A DNA stretch of 64,000 nt from an uncultured Bacteroidota bacterium (GCA_903831265.1 CAIKXD010000068.1:5198-69197); one strand, 5' to 3'; positions 50,101 through 61,315 are shown, counted from the first letter of the stretch. Notes: generated by a model not told the origin, from the letters alone. Numbers and translations: made by a program.

Positions 50101-53100
50101 ACCTATACTTCCATTAATTGTAATATCGGTAATATCAATAGCATCTAACAATAAACTGCCAGAGGGTTTATCAAGCACCAGGTAATTAAAAGTTTCTGTT
50201 CCTCCACCTGTTACTGTGATGTTTTGGGTGCCCGAACGATTGAAAATGATCGCTTTGCCATTCGGATTAAAAATGCCATTTACACCACTTCTGTCCCAAT
50301 CTCCGTTAATATATAAGTTACCTCCACCCATGTTGAGCGTTCCATTATCGATTCCAATTGAGCCAGATAGACCGCGATCGCTAGCTGGCATATTTAAGGT
50401 TGTGTTGTTACTTATTCTTACATTGTTTGGTACGCCTAAACCTGCGGAGGTACTATTGCCTGTCCATTCCATATTTACTCCATAATTACCACCTGTGTTG
50501 TAACTCAAGGTGGAACTAGCGCCATACGTTGGGGGGGCGCTTAAACTGCTACCACTATTTAAAATCAATTCTCCATTTACGGTAAGTGGGGTGGATATTG
50601 TAGTTAAACCATTTAAATCTGCGTTGTTTATTATTAAAGCATTACCTCCTGCAAAGGTCCCTGCGCCATTAAAAACAATACTGCCCAAACCACTGATGGT
50701 GCTTACTGCTCCGCTGCTATTGGTTAAAGTACCTCCTATGCTATTAAAAATTAGCGATCTTGTTGCATCTATATTTAAGCTACCGCCTGCATTAATTGTA
50801 ACTGAACTTAGGGCATCAGTATTGCCGCCAGTAATTTGAACAGCATGACTTATACAGGCTGAGGAGGCTGCGGGTGGTATACTTCCTCCTGCCCATGTTG
50901 AGGTATTATTCCAAGCTCCAGGAGCTATAGTAGAGATACAATCTAATATGCCATTGATATTACCTATCACAAAAGGGCGGTTGTTTAAACTTCCTGTAAA
51001 AGTTGTACTTGAGCTGCTTAAATAGGGATTGCCTCCCGTTAAGACAGAGGCTCTGGCTTGCCAAAATAATCCAGTATAATCGCCTTGGAAAACACCATTG
51101 GCTCTTATAAAACCTGCTGCTTCTGCGCTCACAGGCCACTGAAAATTGCTAGATAAATTGTTGCCGCCTGCTATACTTTCATTGATGGTCCACTGTAAAT
51201 TAACCATTTGGTTATTGTCGTTTACTAATGGAGCAAAGGCGGGGGCAGTGTTTACTCTAATCATAATATCATCAACTGTGCCTGCTTGTTGCATTGTAAC
51301 AGGTGAATAGGTACTAGCATCTGGCCCTATTGGATAAAGTGTGGCAATATTGTTAAAGTTTCTAATTAATCTTCCGCTGCCATTGGTTACTATGTAATTA
51401 CTGGAGGATGCTCCAGTTAAAGGAGTATTTAAACCATTCATCTTTAAATTAAAGTTGCCCAAGGTTAATCGACCATTGCTAAGCGTTAATTGATTATCTA
51501 TTTCAACATTAACCGTGGTTAAGCTAACACCAGAAGCATTATTAATAGTTAAAAAGTCGAATGGATTTGTTGTTGTGTTTGTACCTCCAATATTCTGATT
51601 GCTAGTTCCATTAAAGGTAACGGATCTTAAATTTGGAAAGAAATTAACCAATGCTGTTCCATTGTTGTTCCAATTGCCTTTCAATTCAATGTCACCTCCA
51701 AAGGCCCCTGAACCTGATAAATTTCCTGATAAATTAATATCGCCATTTACAATCAAAGGAACGGTCATGTTATTTCCTGCAAAATCCATATAAATATTTG
51801 AACCAGCATCAATGGTTAAGTTGCCCGCTGTATTGAAAACGCTGCTGGTATTTACTCCAGCACCAGGATTAAGAGTAGTGTTATTACTAACTTGTACATG
51901 GCCAGGATAACCTCTTCCAGAAGAAGCACTCCATTCTAGGTTTCTGCCGTAAGCGCTTCCTGTAAAATACTGAAGTGTGGAATTAGCATTGTAAATAGGA
52001 GCACTTATATTTACAAATCCACCAGCATTAATTCTCAATGTTCCTCCACTTTGAATGGTGGTTGAATTGATACCAGCTCCAAAGTTAACTCCCCCATTGA
52101 TGGTAACATTATAAGGATTACTTACACCGGTAAAAGTTCCGGATCCAATAAAGTTTAAGGTGCCAGCATTGGTGCCTACAATAAAATTACTTGCTGTAGT
52201 AGCCACAGTAGCACCTACACTAAGATTAATTGTATTTGCGGCTCCCATATTAAATATACCGCTAGTTAAGGTGAGTGCGTTATTGATGGTGAAAGAAGCC
52301 GAGGTATTTGTTAAAGTACCCGACAAATTCATAATTACTTGCTCAGCAGTGCTTATAACAGGCACTGTATTAAAACCAGTATTTTGATTCACTCCATAAA
52401 ACTCATAAATTGAGCCGGTATTGAAATTCCTTGTGCCTGAGGGCGCCATGCCTACTATACCTGAGGCATGAGTGGTTCTGATTAAAGAGCCGGTGTTAGT
52501 TCTGAATTCATCAGCAGAGGCGCCACCATCACTTGTTGTTACTATAAAACCTTGTGCATCAAATGTGGCATTAACACCAACAGCTATATCACCATCGCTA
52601 ACAGAAAAATTAGAAAGTAATAACAAAGATTTACTATCAGCAATCACAAAATCAACATAGAAATTACTACCTCCTGTTTTAGAATAATTTTGAACTCCTG
52701 CACCATTGAAGGAAAAGGTAGGATTTATAGTATTACTTCCGGTTGATGAACACTGTATAAGGCCTCCTGTTGCTGTTAGATTGCCACTTAAATATACAAA
52801 ACCATCTCCTGTTCCAGCTACCGAAGTGTTGAAATCAAAACGACCTGCAGATTGAATCCAGTTTCCAAGTACATAAGTATTATTATTACTTAAATTTCCG
52901 CTATGTTGAGAAAATCTGGCATTGGCGTTGGTTAAATTCAGATTTCCATTGATGTACAAAGTAACACCTCCTAATGTTGTTGTTTGTTCAAACTGACCAC
53001 CGTTGAGCGTTAAATTTCCTGTTATACCATTAGTAATGCCTGCACCTCCCCATGTCCTGCTTGGTGTAAAAAGTCCTGTACCTTCAATAACAAGGTTGTG

Positions 53101-56100
53101 ATAAGATCTGTTAGCAGTGAGAGAAGTAAAAACTGGCACTGTTTGATTTGCAACACCATTGAAAACAACTGTACTTCCAGCGGTTGTATATATGCCTGTT
53201 CCAGGTGTAAAAGTGCCGGAAATACCAATATTTCCTGTATTTTGAAGCACTCTGTTGTTGTTTGTTGAAGATAAATTATTATAATCAAATGCTGCTATGG
53301 TTTGACCATTTGCTCCATTGTAATTTATGGTATTTCCTGTCACTACATAGTTTCCAGTGGTAAAAGTAGCTGAAGGATTAAAAACACCAGCTACATTTAT
53401 TAAACCAGAAAGTGTAATATTATTAGTAGTTCGAGCATTACTTAGTGTGAGATTATTAAATGACGCAGCTGGAACAGTTTGTGCAGCTGTTCCATTAAAG
53501 TTGATAGTACTTCCTATAATCGTTAGTATTCCCACTCCCGGGGTATAGGTTCCGCAGATGCCAATTGTTCCTGTATTTGAAAGCGTTCTGTTGCCACCAC
53601 TTATATTTAAGTTTCCGTAGTTAATAGGTGGAACATCCGATAAAGCTGCTCCTGCGATATTAAAAGTACTATTGCAATCGCAAGAACCACTTGCGCTACC
53701 ACCATATGTCATCAATCCATTAACTGTGATTGATGTTCCAGAAGCTAGTTGGAAATTGCCAGTTCCGTTTAATATAAAATCTGTAACAGTAAAACTTCCA
53801 CTATTTATAACACAAGGATTGGATGCAGAAACTCCTACTGTAATATTATCGGCAGCTGTAGGGACGCCAACAGGCGACCAATTAGAGGCGGTATTATAAT
53901 CGTTGCTTGTAGACCCTACCCATGTGTAATTGATAAAAACAGGCGCTTTTCTACCAGTAATTTCAAGACCATTAAGAGGTAAATAGCTTTGATTGAAGGC
54001 TGCATTTGAAGGTTGAAAACCATCAATCTTTACACCTGAACTAATCGTAGTGCCATGTTCTGTCCAAGCGCCAGCACTATATGTGCTAAATTTTAAATTA
54101 GATTCAGTTCCATTCACATTTGATGGTGGATAAAATATACTAATTGAATCGCGATACAAGCCACCTGCACCATTTTCGGAAACCAACCAATATCTGCTCA
54201 AATAATCAGTGGCAGTTATTGGAGTATTAATATTTGGACTAATAGCATCAATCACCCTTAATCCAATAATTCTACTAACCGTATTCTTGTAAAATCGAAT
54301 CTCAACTGGACTGTATTCGGCACTTCCTGTACTTTCACCTATCGGAAATGCATAATTATCAAAGCCAACAGGGTTGCCACTTCTAACATAAGTACTCAAT
54401 TTAAACTCACCTGTTCCATTGGTTACAAACATGTTTGATGCCGAAGGGCTAGTAATTGAGTAGTTTCCGCTGTTCAAATAATCAATAAACAAATCACTAT
54501 TTCCTAAAAATAAAGAACCATTTATTAATCTTACCTCACCTCCTCCTCCTGTAGCAGTTCTTGAAGCATGCAAATTAATTCCTGCAGCATTATCAATATC
54601 TACAGAAACGCTAGTCATTGCAGCTGGCCACTCTTTATCTGTAGATGTCATGTTAACAGTTCCATTATATCTGAGTTGACTACCAGCAGCGTAAACAATT
54701 CCACCAGCCCCGGCAATTGCACCATTGGTTCTTGTAAATTTACCGTTAGAATTTATAGTGATATTGGTAGCAAGTGTTATACCGGCCGGGTTATTCAAAC
54801 GCCACCAAAGATTGTTGAGTGTATTGCCTGCCACACTAACACTTTGATTGACAGTGCCTTTAAATTCAATTTGACACACAGGAAATACGCCCCCTGCAGT
54901 AATTGTGGAACCTAAAGATTGACTAAAACTACCATGTATATTTAAATAAATTTCGGGGTTAATTCCAGAACTTGCTCCTGTAAAAGTGCCGGTGGTTTGA
55001 GAAAAATTACCTAAAATATTCCATGTTGAAATTATGCCATTTGCACCAACACTGCAGTTATTGACTGTACCACCACTTTGAGTATAATTATTGGAAATAT
55101 TGATAGTTGAGGTCGATCCTAAACCTGCAGATGCAGCAAAAACCAAAAAAGTTCCTGCAGAAATATTAAAATTTGAGGTTGAAACAAGAAATGTGGAAAT
55201 GCCTCCTGCTAAAGCACCTGGTACCTGAAAATTAGTTATACCTCCTGTAATATTTATTGCTCCCGAAATATTTATAGTAATGTTTGTTAAATTAGGGGTA
55301 ATAACATTTGTAAGGGCAAAAGTTCCCCCTGAAACATTTAAATTACCCAAAATATTGAGCGTCATATTAGTAGCACCTGTAAGTCTTAAAGATCCTGAAT
55401 TTGTTGCAACAACATTAAAATTACCAGCTATGGTTGCCCCATTTAAGCCACCAGTCAAATTTACAGCTGCAGTTTGTGAAGCACAGTTCCATGTAAAATT
55501 GCCAAATGTTTGAGAAAGCCCACCAGTTGCAGCCGTATTGCTTGTATAACCTATGATATTACAATTAGAAGCAGCATTCCAAGTTGCTGTTGGAATAGTT
55601 CCTGCAATCGTATTGTAATTATGCTCGTAAGTGCCAGCAGCAGAAAATGTTGTATTCAAGGCAGTCATACCAACTATTGACCCCGTGGCACCACCAATTC
55701 GTAATGTTCCATTAACAATATTGGCAGTAGTACCTGTTAATGTTAAAGTGTTAGCTCCCATATCAAATCTACAATTGACTCCTGCATTAATAGTTAAGTT
55801 ATTCGCAATGTTTACTGCTACCGTTGAGGTAACGTTTGCAGAAGTATTAGATACTATTAAATTATTGAAACTAGCTGCCGATGTCAAAATGGTCTGTGCT
55901 AAGGAGCCATTAAAATTTACGGTACTTGCTGTGGTTGTAGTGACACCTGCAGAAGGTGTATAATTTCCGCATATTCCTATAGTACCAACGTTAGAAAGCA
56001 CTCTTGGACCACCTGCCAAATTTAAATTGCCGTAATTTAATGCAGGTATTGTTTGAGAAGCAGCGCTAACAATATTTAATGTACTTGCACAATTAAAGTT

Positions 56101-59100
56101 TGCTATTGCTGTATTCATATAAGTTAGATTACCTGCGACTGTTATATTAGCACTAGCACCTAAATTAAGGCTGCCAGTACCTATTAAGCTTAAATTATTA
56201 ACAGTTTGAGTTGTGTTAAAATTAGTAGGATTTGTACCAGCAACATTAAAGAGAACATTGTCCAATGCTGTTGGAACTCCATTAGGAGTCCAATTTGTAG
56301 CAGTTCCCCATAATCCATTTGTGGCCCCATTCCAAGTGTAGGTGGTAACTGATGATATAAATGCATCATCCTTTCCTAAGGCAAAAGTACCAACATTAGT
56401 AAAGGGTGCCGAAGTGTTGAAAAAATAAGGATTTGAGCCCCCCACTGTAGCAGCATTTTGAGTCCATGTGACTCCATTCCATAATCCAAATCTCCTTGTA
56501 ACTCCTGCTGCAAAGTTAACAGCTTCTTCGCCTGGTGAATTCCAATATGCTGCTATATTAATACTTGAACCACCAGCAGTGCCTTCAGAAACAATCCAAC
56601 TACGATTTACAACTTTGCTTGCATCAAATGGAGAAGGTGGTGTGCCGTCTACCACTTTAACACTATATGAATCTGTTGTGCCACTATTTGCAATAATGAT
56701 AGGATTATAAGATGAATTTCCAACAGGAAAATTAAAAGAAAAACCACCACCCATTAATGCAATTTGAAGTGAACCTGTGCTATTTGTTCTAACATAGGAT
56801 GATGCGCTTCCTCCTATTGGAATATCAACTATAGTAAGGTTGTTAGCGTTTAGAACTAAAATTCCTGCATTAAGTGTGATTGTATTTCCTATGCTACGAC
56901 TAGCATGTAAAGTTACTGTATTGGTTGCGAAAGTATTATCGATGATTAAATTCATAGGCCCATTTACAGCAGGAAATTCAACATTTGTGGTAGTTTGAGC
57001 TACCGTGCTTGCATCATAAACCAAGGTAGAATAACCTCCAGTTTGATCATAAAAAACAGTGCCGCTGCCGCTTATATTTCCTTTACTTATTCTAAGCGTT
57101 GAGCCCCAAGCTCCACCATTTGCATTGTCATTTAAAGGTAATATTCCAGTAAGATTTATTCCACCACCATTAACTCTAAAATTTACATTGCTTATAACGC
57201 TTCCGCTGATTGTTACATTCTGAACTCCAACTCCGTTAAATTCAACTAAACTATTTGTTGATAAGGAAAGACTAAATAATTGGAGCGTTGCTGCTGCCGA
57301 TTGAAGGTAGTCGCCACCAATTCTTAAGGTGCCATCAAAGTCACTTATTGCCAGATCAATGATTCCGTCACTATGTGTTACATTACCCGCAATATTTAAT
57401 GTTCCGGTGCCGCCAACACTTGCAAAATCAGTTAATACTAAAAATGCACTTGCATTATTTACAATAAGATTTCCTGCTACATTTATGATACAATCATTAC
57501 CTCCGGTAGCAAGCGCAAAAACACCATCCGAAACTGTTAAGTTACCACCAATATTAAGTGTGCAATTATTATTTGTTGTTATACCTATTTCATTGCCATT
57601 TAGCGCTAAAATGCTCATATTTCCATTTACCGTTGTTAAAGCACCATCTAACATAGGGTTGGTAGATTGTGATGGGCAATTCCAAGTAAAATTGCCGAAA
57701 CTTTGATTTAACCCAGATGTTGGTTGAGTGCCAGAGGTATATCCCATAATGAGACAAGTAGAATTTGTATTCCATGTTGCCAAAGGGATGTTGCCATCAA
57801 TTGTTGAATAATTGTGTTCGTATTTACTTCCCGCATTAAAGGTTGTATTTGCGGCACTCATGCCAGTAATTGATCCTCCCGTTCCTCCGATACGTAAATT
57901 TCCATTGATGGTATTTGAAGCAGAGCCAGTCAAATTTAATGTATTATTTCCCATATCTAAACGACAGTTTGGGCCCGCATTAATCGTTAAATTATTAGGC
58001 ACATTAATTGAACTATTGGCTGTTACAGTTGCCGAGGTATTTGATATGAGTAAGAAATTGATTGTTTGTATTGCGTTACTGCTATAAGTCTGAGCAACAG
58101 TTCCGTTAAAATTAAGTTGACGACTATTATTGTTATAAGTTCCACTAGTTTTGATAAAATTACCGGAAACATTTAAATCACCGCCAACGCTTGCCGAAAG
58201 CGTTAAAGTGCCTCCTCCTCGTATATCAAGATTTCTGGTCGTTATTGGGGTAGTTGATGTTCCAGAATTTATGGTTCCATTTGCCACCACTAAATTTCCT
58301 GAAATATTCCAAACTTGCCCTGCACCTGCTGTCCTAGTAATAGTTTGTCCACTGCTATTCATTGTAAAGTCATACACCGAAATCGCTCCAAAAGCACCGT
58401 TTGATAAGGTTAATGGTTGTGTATATGAATTTTGCCCAAAGGGATTAGTTGAAGTGCCGTTACCTGTATTTGAAACAGTAAAATACCTTACAATGCCATT
58501 ACTATTGCCTGAAACATTATTGCCGTTGTAGTTTTCAACTGGTACTTGCCCATACATCCCATTATTATAGGAAATATAGCCCATCCAATTGAATGCTGCA
58601 GGGCGCGCACCTCCATTTATTGCTCCTTGCAAACGAGACCAAGAAATTCTGAATTCACGTCTGTCATCTCCACCATTCCCATTGCCATTATCGTTAGATG
58701 AATATTGACCATTGGCATTGCTCACATAATCATTAGCTGTGCCTGTAATTCCATTAGGTTGGCCACCAATAGATGTCCAGCCATTTGCACCGTCCCTTCT
58801 AAATATTTCTCGGTAGCCATTATGAGCATAAATACAAATATCAGCTCTAAAAGGTAAGTTAGGTCTTGTTGTGTAGTTGTCATAATTTAAGCCTACCAAT
58901 GTGCCATTGGCGTTTGTACCACCGTTAACAGGAACAATTGGATCAACATCCAAATAAATTGAAACTGGCTCCGATTGATTTGCATTATTTATTGACACAA
59001 ATAAATCAGTATTGTTCCACGTGAGAGCCCAATTTGTAGTGCCCGATGTATAATTATTAGGGTAATTTACTAATCCATCATTTGCAGCGTCAATTGTTGG

Positions 59101-59178
59101 TGCAGTCCACTGTGCATTAGAATTATTTACAACACAAAAAATAGTGAGAGATATCAGAATAAGTATCTTATTTTTCAT
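47107..59178 (-). CDS. giant (4023 aa) T9SS-sorted cell-surface protein built from nested beta-helix-like repeat modules
   Basis: One uninterrupted 12-kb ORF with an N-terminal signal peptide. Extremely Asn/Gly/Thr/Ser-rich 'NxxGxxxxxNGxL' repeats. Large internal duplications: residues ~380-500 resemble ~1110-1230, and ~935-1090 resemble ~1735-1880. Three copies of 'YGRxLEWSAxSGxGYP'. C-terminal 'YPNPS...GKLVYSK...GVYYLSI' type-A Por C-terminal sorting domain. Confidence 0.85.
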   Translation of the reverse strand: MKNKILILISLTIFCVVNNSNAQWTAPTIDAANDGLVNYPNNYTSGTTNWALTWNNTDLFVSINNANQSEPVSIYLDVDPIVPVNGGTNANGTLVGLNYDNYTTRPNLPFRADICIYAHNGYREIFRRDGANGWTSIGGQPNGITGTANDYVSNANGQYSSNDNGNGNGGDDRREFRISWSRLQGAINGGARPAAFNWMGYISYNNGMYGQVPVENYNGNNVSGNSNGIVRYFTVSNTGNGTSTNPFGQNSYTQPLTLSNGAFGAISVYDFTMNSSGQTITRTAGAGQVWNISGNLVVANGTINSGTSTTPITTRNLDIRGGGTLTLSASVGGDLNVSGNFIKTSGTYNNNSRQLNFNGTVAQTYSSNAIQTINFLLISNTSATVTANSSINVPNNLTINAGPNCRLDMGNNTLNLTGSASNTINGNLRIGGTGGSITGMSAANTTFNAGSKYEHNYSTIDGNIPLATWNTNSTCLIMGYTSGTQPTSGLNQSFGNFTWNCPSQSTNPMLDGALTTVNGNMSILALNGNEIGITTNNNCTLNIGGNLTVSDGVFALATGGNDCIINVAGNLIVNNASAFLVLTDFASVGGTGTLNIAGNVTHSDGIIDLAISDFDGTLRIGGDYLQSAAATLQLFSLSLSTNSLVEFNGVGVQNVTISGSVISNVNFRVNGGGINLTGILPLNDNANGGAWGSTLRISKGNISGSGTVFYDQTGGYSTLVYDASTVAQTTTNVEFPAVNGPMNLIIDNTFATNTVTLHASRSIGNTITLNAGILVLNANNLTIVDIPIGGSASSYVRTNSTGSLQIALMGGGFSFNFPVGNSSYNPIIIANSGTTDSYSVKVVDGTPPSPFDASKVVNRSWIVSEGTAGGSSINIAAYWNSPGEEAVNFAAGVTRRFGLWNGVTWTQNAATVGGSNPYFFNTSAPFTNVGTFALGKDDAFISSVTTYTWNGATNGLWGTATNWTPNGVPTALDNVLFNVAGTNPTNFNTTQTVNNLSLIGTGSLNLGASANITVAGNLTYMNTAIANFNCASTLNIVSAASQTIPALNYGNLNLAGGPRVLSNVGTIGICGNYTPSAGVTTTTASTVNFNGSLAQTILTSAASFNNLIVSNTSANVTSTVAVNIANNLTINAGVNCRFDMGANTLTLTGTTANIVNGTLRIGGATGSIVGMTALNTTFSAAGTYEHNYNTIAGTIPTATWNAASNCNIIGYTSNTAATGGLSQTFGNFTWNCASQTAAVNLTGGLNGATIAGNFNVVATNSGSLRLTGATNMTLNILGNLNVSGGTFALTNVITPNLTNITINISGAINITGGITNFQVPGALAGGISTFLVSTSNFNISAGTFLVFAASAGLGSTSTINISNNYTQSGGTVNNCSVGANGIISTWNILGNFSQTTGTFTGASSGINPEIYLNIHGSFSQSLGSTITAGGVFPVCQIEFKGTVNQSVSVAGNTLNNLWWRLNNPAGITLATNITINSNGKFTRTNGAIAGAGGIVYAAGSQLRYNGTVNMTSTDKEWPAAMTSVSVDIDNAAGINLHASRTATGGGGEVRLINGSLFLGNSDLFIDYLNSGNYSITSPSASNMFVTNGTGEFKLSTYVRSGNPVGFDNYAFPIGESTGSAEYSPVEIRFYKNTVSRIIGLRVIDAISPNINTPITATDYLSRYWLVSENGAGGLYRDSISIFYPPSNVNGTESNLKFSTYSAGAWTEHGTTISSGVKIDGFQPSNAAFNQSYLPLNGLEITGRKAPVFINYTWVGSTSNDYNTASNWSPVGVPTAADNITVGVSASNPCVINSGSFTVTDFILNGTGNFQLASGTSITVNGLMTYGGSASGSCDCNSTFNIAGAALSDVPPINYGNLNISGGNRTLSNTGTIGICGTYTPGVGILTIIGSTINFNGTAAQTVPAASFNNLTLSNARTTNNITLSGLINVAGVFNPSATFTTGNYVVTGNTINYNGANGQTIAAFDYNNLSSTNNNRVLQNTGNIGISGTFTPGTGIYTTAGSTVVFNGVANQTVPVFTSLTANRSYHNLVIEGTGLFTPSRTWGGAGITNGITGNLTLNGGQFEQTTTLGGVTLYINGNLNLTNANARFSQHSGNLSNNNTYVLGNWIQSAGRFDFNTSVAGTGDGFVYLSGNLTATGGLIQCSSTGSNTINPTFSFNGAGVQNYSKTGGSNFYVDFVIADSKSLLLLSNFSVSDGDIAVGVNATFDAQGFIVTTSDGGASADEFRTNTGSLIRTTHASGIVGMAPSGTRNFNTGSIYEFYGVNQNTGFNTVPVISTAEQVIMNLSGTLTNTSASFTINNALTLTSGIFNMGAANTINLSVGATVATTASNFIVGTNAGTLNFIGSGTFTGVSNPYNVTINGGVNFGAGINSTTIQSGGTLRINAGGFVNISAPIYNANSTLQYFTGSAYGRNLEWSASSGRGYPGHVQVSNNTTLNPGAGVNTSSVFNTAGNLTIDAGSNIYMDFAGNNMTVPLIVNGDINLSGNLSGSGAFGGDIELKGNWNNNGTALVNFFPNLRSVTFNGTSNQNIGGTNTTTNPFDFLTINNASGVSLTTVNVEIDNQLTLSNGRLTLGNFNLKMNGLNTPLTGASSSNYIVTNGSGRLIRNFNNIATLYPIGPDASTYSPVTMQQAGTVDDIMIRVNTAPAFAPLVNDNNQMVNLQWTINESIAGGNNLSSNFQWPVSAEAAGFIRANGVFQGDYTGLFWQARASVLTGGNPYLSSSSTTFTGSLNNRPFVIGNINGILDCISTIAPGAWNNTSTWAGGSIPPAASSACISHAVQITGGNTDALSSVTINAGGSLNIDATRSLIFNSIGGTLTNSSGAVSTISGLGSIVFNGAGTFAGGNALIINNADLNGLTTISTPLTVNGELILNSGSSLSAPPTYGASSTLSYNTGGNYGVNMEWTGNSTSAGLGVPNNVRISNNTTLNMPASDRGLSGSIGIDNGTLNMGGGNLYINGDWDRSGVNGIFNPNGKAIIFNRSGTQNITVTGGGTETFNYLVLDKPSGSLLLDAIDITDITINGSIGNALQLINIGVLDLNGNKLNLVNAGGSILVSGGVRSIISTLPGAQLNIQANKSVISNLGGTLEFAPHIKVALSAGMNFGNSISTIKGTLELALGGFVNSNAPSYSAGSTLRYFSGNNYGRGLEWSATSGPGYPYHVDIDENGTVTTLDLSNGGSATRQIAGNLNINQGGNLSMGAMSNPLIVKGNVSIGGVSTGALNLSIAAGGDIQIAGNLTRNAGGTFTQNGREITMNGTTQQIISNNIFAFGYLNIDNVGASVRINTNTTINNRLKLTNGSYELNGFTNTMANGSQICRSSATATMSASPTIGAGNSYDLRYDATMTSGVEFIQDLSKVRDLEITLGTLTINQNKTINRDLILSGGDLDLATFTFTDRGNATSPSFAGSITISGGGTRSIVGSLGGTFDITGQGGNSPLLFTKTVSSFGGTLLNFDSNVLVRIGDGAVDFGSGNPTTINGVLQVMLAGSVGQTLNPCYYGINSLLRFANTVDYQVGVNDKTWATGAIGSGNPGIPWNVEVKDIGTDLQMQNTRALRGNLTITNGTFTLSPAYTGVFSIGGNWTRTGASSAFTHNSKKVVFDKQIIGDQSITINAGVTLETFYDLDFSPVTGNVILNGNVNALNSVGLISGKVDLNGNVFTIGTTGVNGSLAGGSANEYFISGLAAAKLVRYTTTANTSYNYPVGDAINYTPMTLSLYEGPMSATSQVSVNVIPSVHPSMGTSTNYLSRYWQVEPSNFPTTQIGYGVTYKWAAADEGTAPITANLKPFKHNPQGWIAALGSGSNFEMGTGSVNPGTRTITWNGLYSFSDFTANGNGSPLPISLINFDAQPVLENIELTWTTASETNNDYFKIERSIDGVNFASFALIDGAGNSNTILNYKAMDFEPYEGLSYYRLMQIDFDGKFEYSDVKAVNFIKPAQGENWSVYPNPSNLNGINLTTAALKSEFINLSLCDVTGKLVYSKKISTSKQGNTQFIAFDEVVTGVYYLSISDEYLNKTIKVILTPRD

Positions 59179-59471
59179 TGAAGTTATATGTTAAATTAAG
59201 GTAAAAAAAAGAACAACTTTTTAATTCTTTGCTAATGTATAAAATTTATTAATATAAAGCAAGCATTTTTTTGGGTAAGCATGTTTTTTTGTGAAATCAA
59301 GAATAAGCAAGCTTTATTCTTGCACAATATGTTATAATTTAAAATTTTATTAGCCTTAACATATCCTTTAAAGCACTCAATTTGATTATGTTTTTTGGAA
59401 AATTAAGTCAACTAAAAATACAATTTAAAAATATAACCTATGGCATTTCAATTTTACTTCATTTAATTTAT

Positions 59472-59479
59472 TACCTTTG
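59472..59479 (+). promoter_or_regulatory. TACCTTTG -7 box upstream of typA
   Basis: Exact TAnnTTTG, 27 nt before the ATG at 59507. Confidence 0.4.
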
Positions 59480-59506
59480 CGCCCTTAAAAAAACAAGCCT
59501 ATTATC

Positions 59507-61315
59507 ATGCAAGCTATCAGAAACATTGCAATTATTGCCCACGTTGATCACGGCAAAACAACCTTGGTTGACAAAATGTTGCATCAAAGTAAATTATTTC
59601 GCGACAACCAAGAATCTGGAGAGTTAATTCTCGATAATAATGACTTAGAAAGAGAAAGAGGCATTACAATTCTTGCAAAAAATGTTTCTATAAACTATGG
59701 TGGAGTAAAAATAAACATTATTGATACACCTGGCCATAGTGATTTTGGGGGAGAAGTAGAGCGTGTATTAAATATGGCCGATGGTGTTTTACTTTTGGTT
59801 GATGCTTTCGAAGGTACCATGCCTCAAACTCGATTTGTTTTACAAAAAGCATTACAATTAGGCCTAAAAGCAATTTTGGTTATCAACAAGGTAGATAAGC
59901 CTAATTGTCGCCCCGATGAAGTGCACGATGAGGTGTTTGATTTGTTTTTTAACTTAGACGCAACAGAAGAGCAATTAAATTTCCCTACCATTTACGGAAG
60001 TAGTAAACAGGGTTGGATGAACACTGATTGGAATGAAGTTACCACTGATATCGTGCCATTGTTAGATTGTATTGTGCAACATATTCCAGCAGCACCATAT
60101 CATGAAGGTACATTACAAATGCAAATTACCTCTCTTGACTTTAGTAGCTTCGTTGGTCGTATTGCCATTGGCAGGGTGTTTAGAGGTAATATTCGCGAAA
60201 ATATGCCTGTTTCTCTTGTTAAAAGAGATGGTAAAATAGTTAAATCAAGAATTAAAGAATTGTACGTATTTGAAGGCCTAGGTAGAGCTAAAGTTTCTGA
60301 AGTTAAGAGTGGCGATATATGTGCTATAACTGGTATCGAAGGATTTGAAATTGGTGATACAATTGCAGATTTTGAAAATCCTGAAGGCTTAAAACCAATT
60401 AGTATTGATGAGCCTACAATGAGCATGTTATTTACTATCAACAATTCTCCTTTCTTTGGAAGAGAAGGAAAATTCCTTACTTCCCGTCACGTGCGTGAAA
60501 GATTATACAAGGAAATGGAGAAAAATCTTGCATTGCGTGTTGATGAAACAGATAGTGCTGATGCATTTCTTGTTTTTGGTAGAGGTATTTTACATTTGAG
60601 TATTCTTATAGAAACCATGCGCAGAGAAGGTTACGAATTACAAGTAGGTCAACCTCAGGTAATATTAAAAGTAATTGATGGAGTAAAATGCGAACCGGTG
60701 GAAACCTTGATTGTAGATGTGCCTGAACCTGTTTCTGGGAAAGTAATTGAGTTAGTGAGCCAGAGAAAAGGTGATATGTTAATCATGGAGCCAAAAGGTG
60801 ATATGATTCACCTGGAGTTTACCATTCCTTCAAGAGGTATTATTGGTCTAAGAAATAAAGTGCTTACTGCAACTGCTGGTGAAGCCATCATGAATCATCG
60901 TTTGAAAGGATTTGAACCGTGGAAAGGCGAAATAGCAGGAAGAATTTCAGGCTCATTAATCAGTATGGAGTTAGGAACTGCCATTGCTTATAGTATTGAT
61001 AAATTACAAGATAGAGGTTTCTTCTTTGTAGATCCAGGAGATGAAATCTATGCAGGACAGGTTATTGGAGAACACACTCGTCCGGATGACTTGGCGGTGA
61101 ACATTACAAAAACTAAAAAGCTTACCAACATGCGTGCCTCAGGTACTGACGAAAAAATGAATATTGCGCCTGCTGTAAAGTTTTCATTGGAAGAAGCCAT
61201 GGAATACATTCAAGAAGATGAATATGTTGAATTAACACCAAAGTCTATTCGCATGCGTAAAACTATACTAAACGAAAATGAACGTAAACGTGTAACTAAA
61301 AGTGCATCGGCATAA
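59507..61315 (+). CDS. typA: translational GTPase TypA/BipA
   Basis: '[22 protein letters not shown]', 'DTPGHSDF', 'NKVDK'. 602 aa. Confidence 0.95.
   Translation: MQAIRNIAIIAHVDHGKTTLVDKMLHQSKLFRDNQESGELILDNNDLERERGITILAKNVSINYGGVKINIIDTPGHSDFGGEVERVLNMADGVLLLVDAFEGTMPQTRFVLQKALQLGLKAILVINKVDKPNCRPDEVHDEVFDLFFNLDATEEQLNFPTIYGSSKQGWMNTDWNEVTTDIVPLLDCIVQHIPAAPYHEGTLQMQITSLDFSSFVGRIAIGRVFRGNIRENMPVSLVKRDGKIVKSRIKELYVFEGLGRAKVSEVKSGDICAITGIEGFEIGDTIADFENPEGLKPISIDEPTMSMLFTINNSPFFGREGKFLTSRHVRERLYKEMEKNLALRVDETDSADAFLVFGRGILHLSILIETMRREGYELQVGQPQVILKVIDGVKCEPVETLIVDVPEPVSGKVIELVSQRKGDMLIMEPKGDMIHLEFTIPSRGIIGLRNKVLTATAGEAIMNHRLKGFEPWKGEIAGRISGSLISMELGTAIAYSIDKLQDRGFFFVDPGDEIYAGQVIGEHTRPDDLAVNITKTKKLTNMRASGTDEKMNIAPAVKFSLEEAMEYIQEDEYVELTPKSIRMRKTILNENERKRVTKSASA

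Noticed and set aside
47696-58531. About 25 plus-strand ORFs of 60-126 aa inside the giant minus-strand gene
   Set aside because: They are shadow ORFs created by the low-complexity, repeat-rich antisense strand (Pro/Leu/Val/Lys-rich artefacts). The minus-strand frame is continuous for 12 kb with a clear signal peptide and Por sorting domain.
59382-59627. 81-aa ORF upstream of and overlapping the typA start
   Set aside because: Out of frame with typA and covers the typA promoter (TACCTTTG box at 59472).
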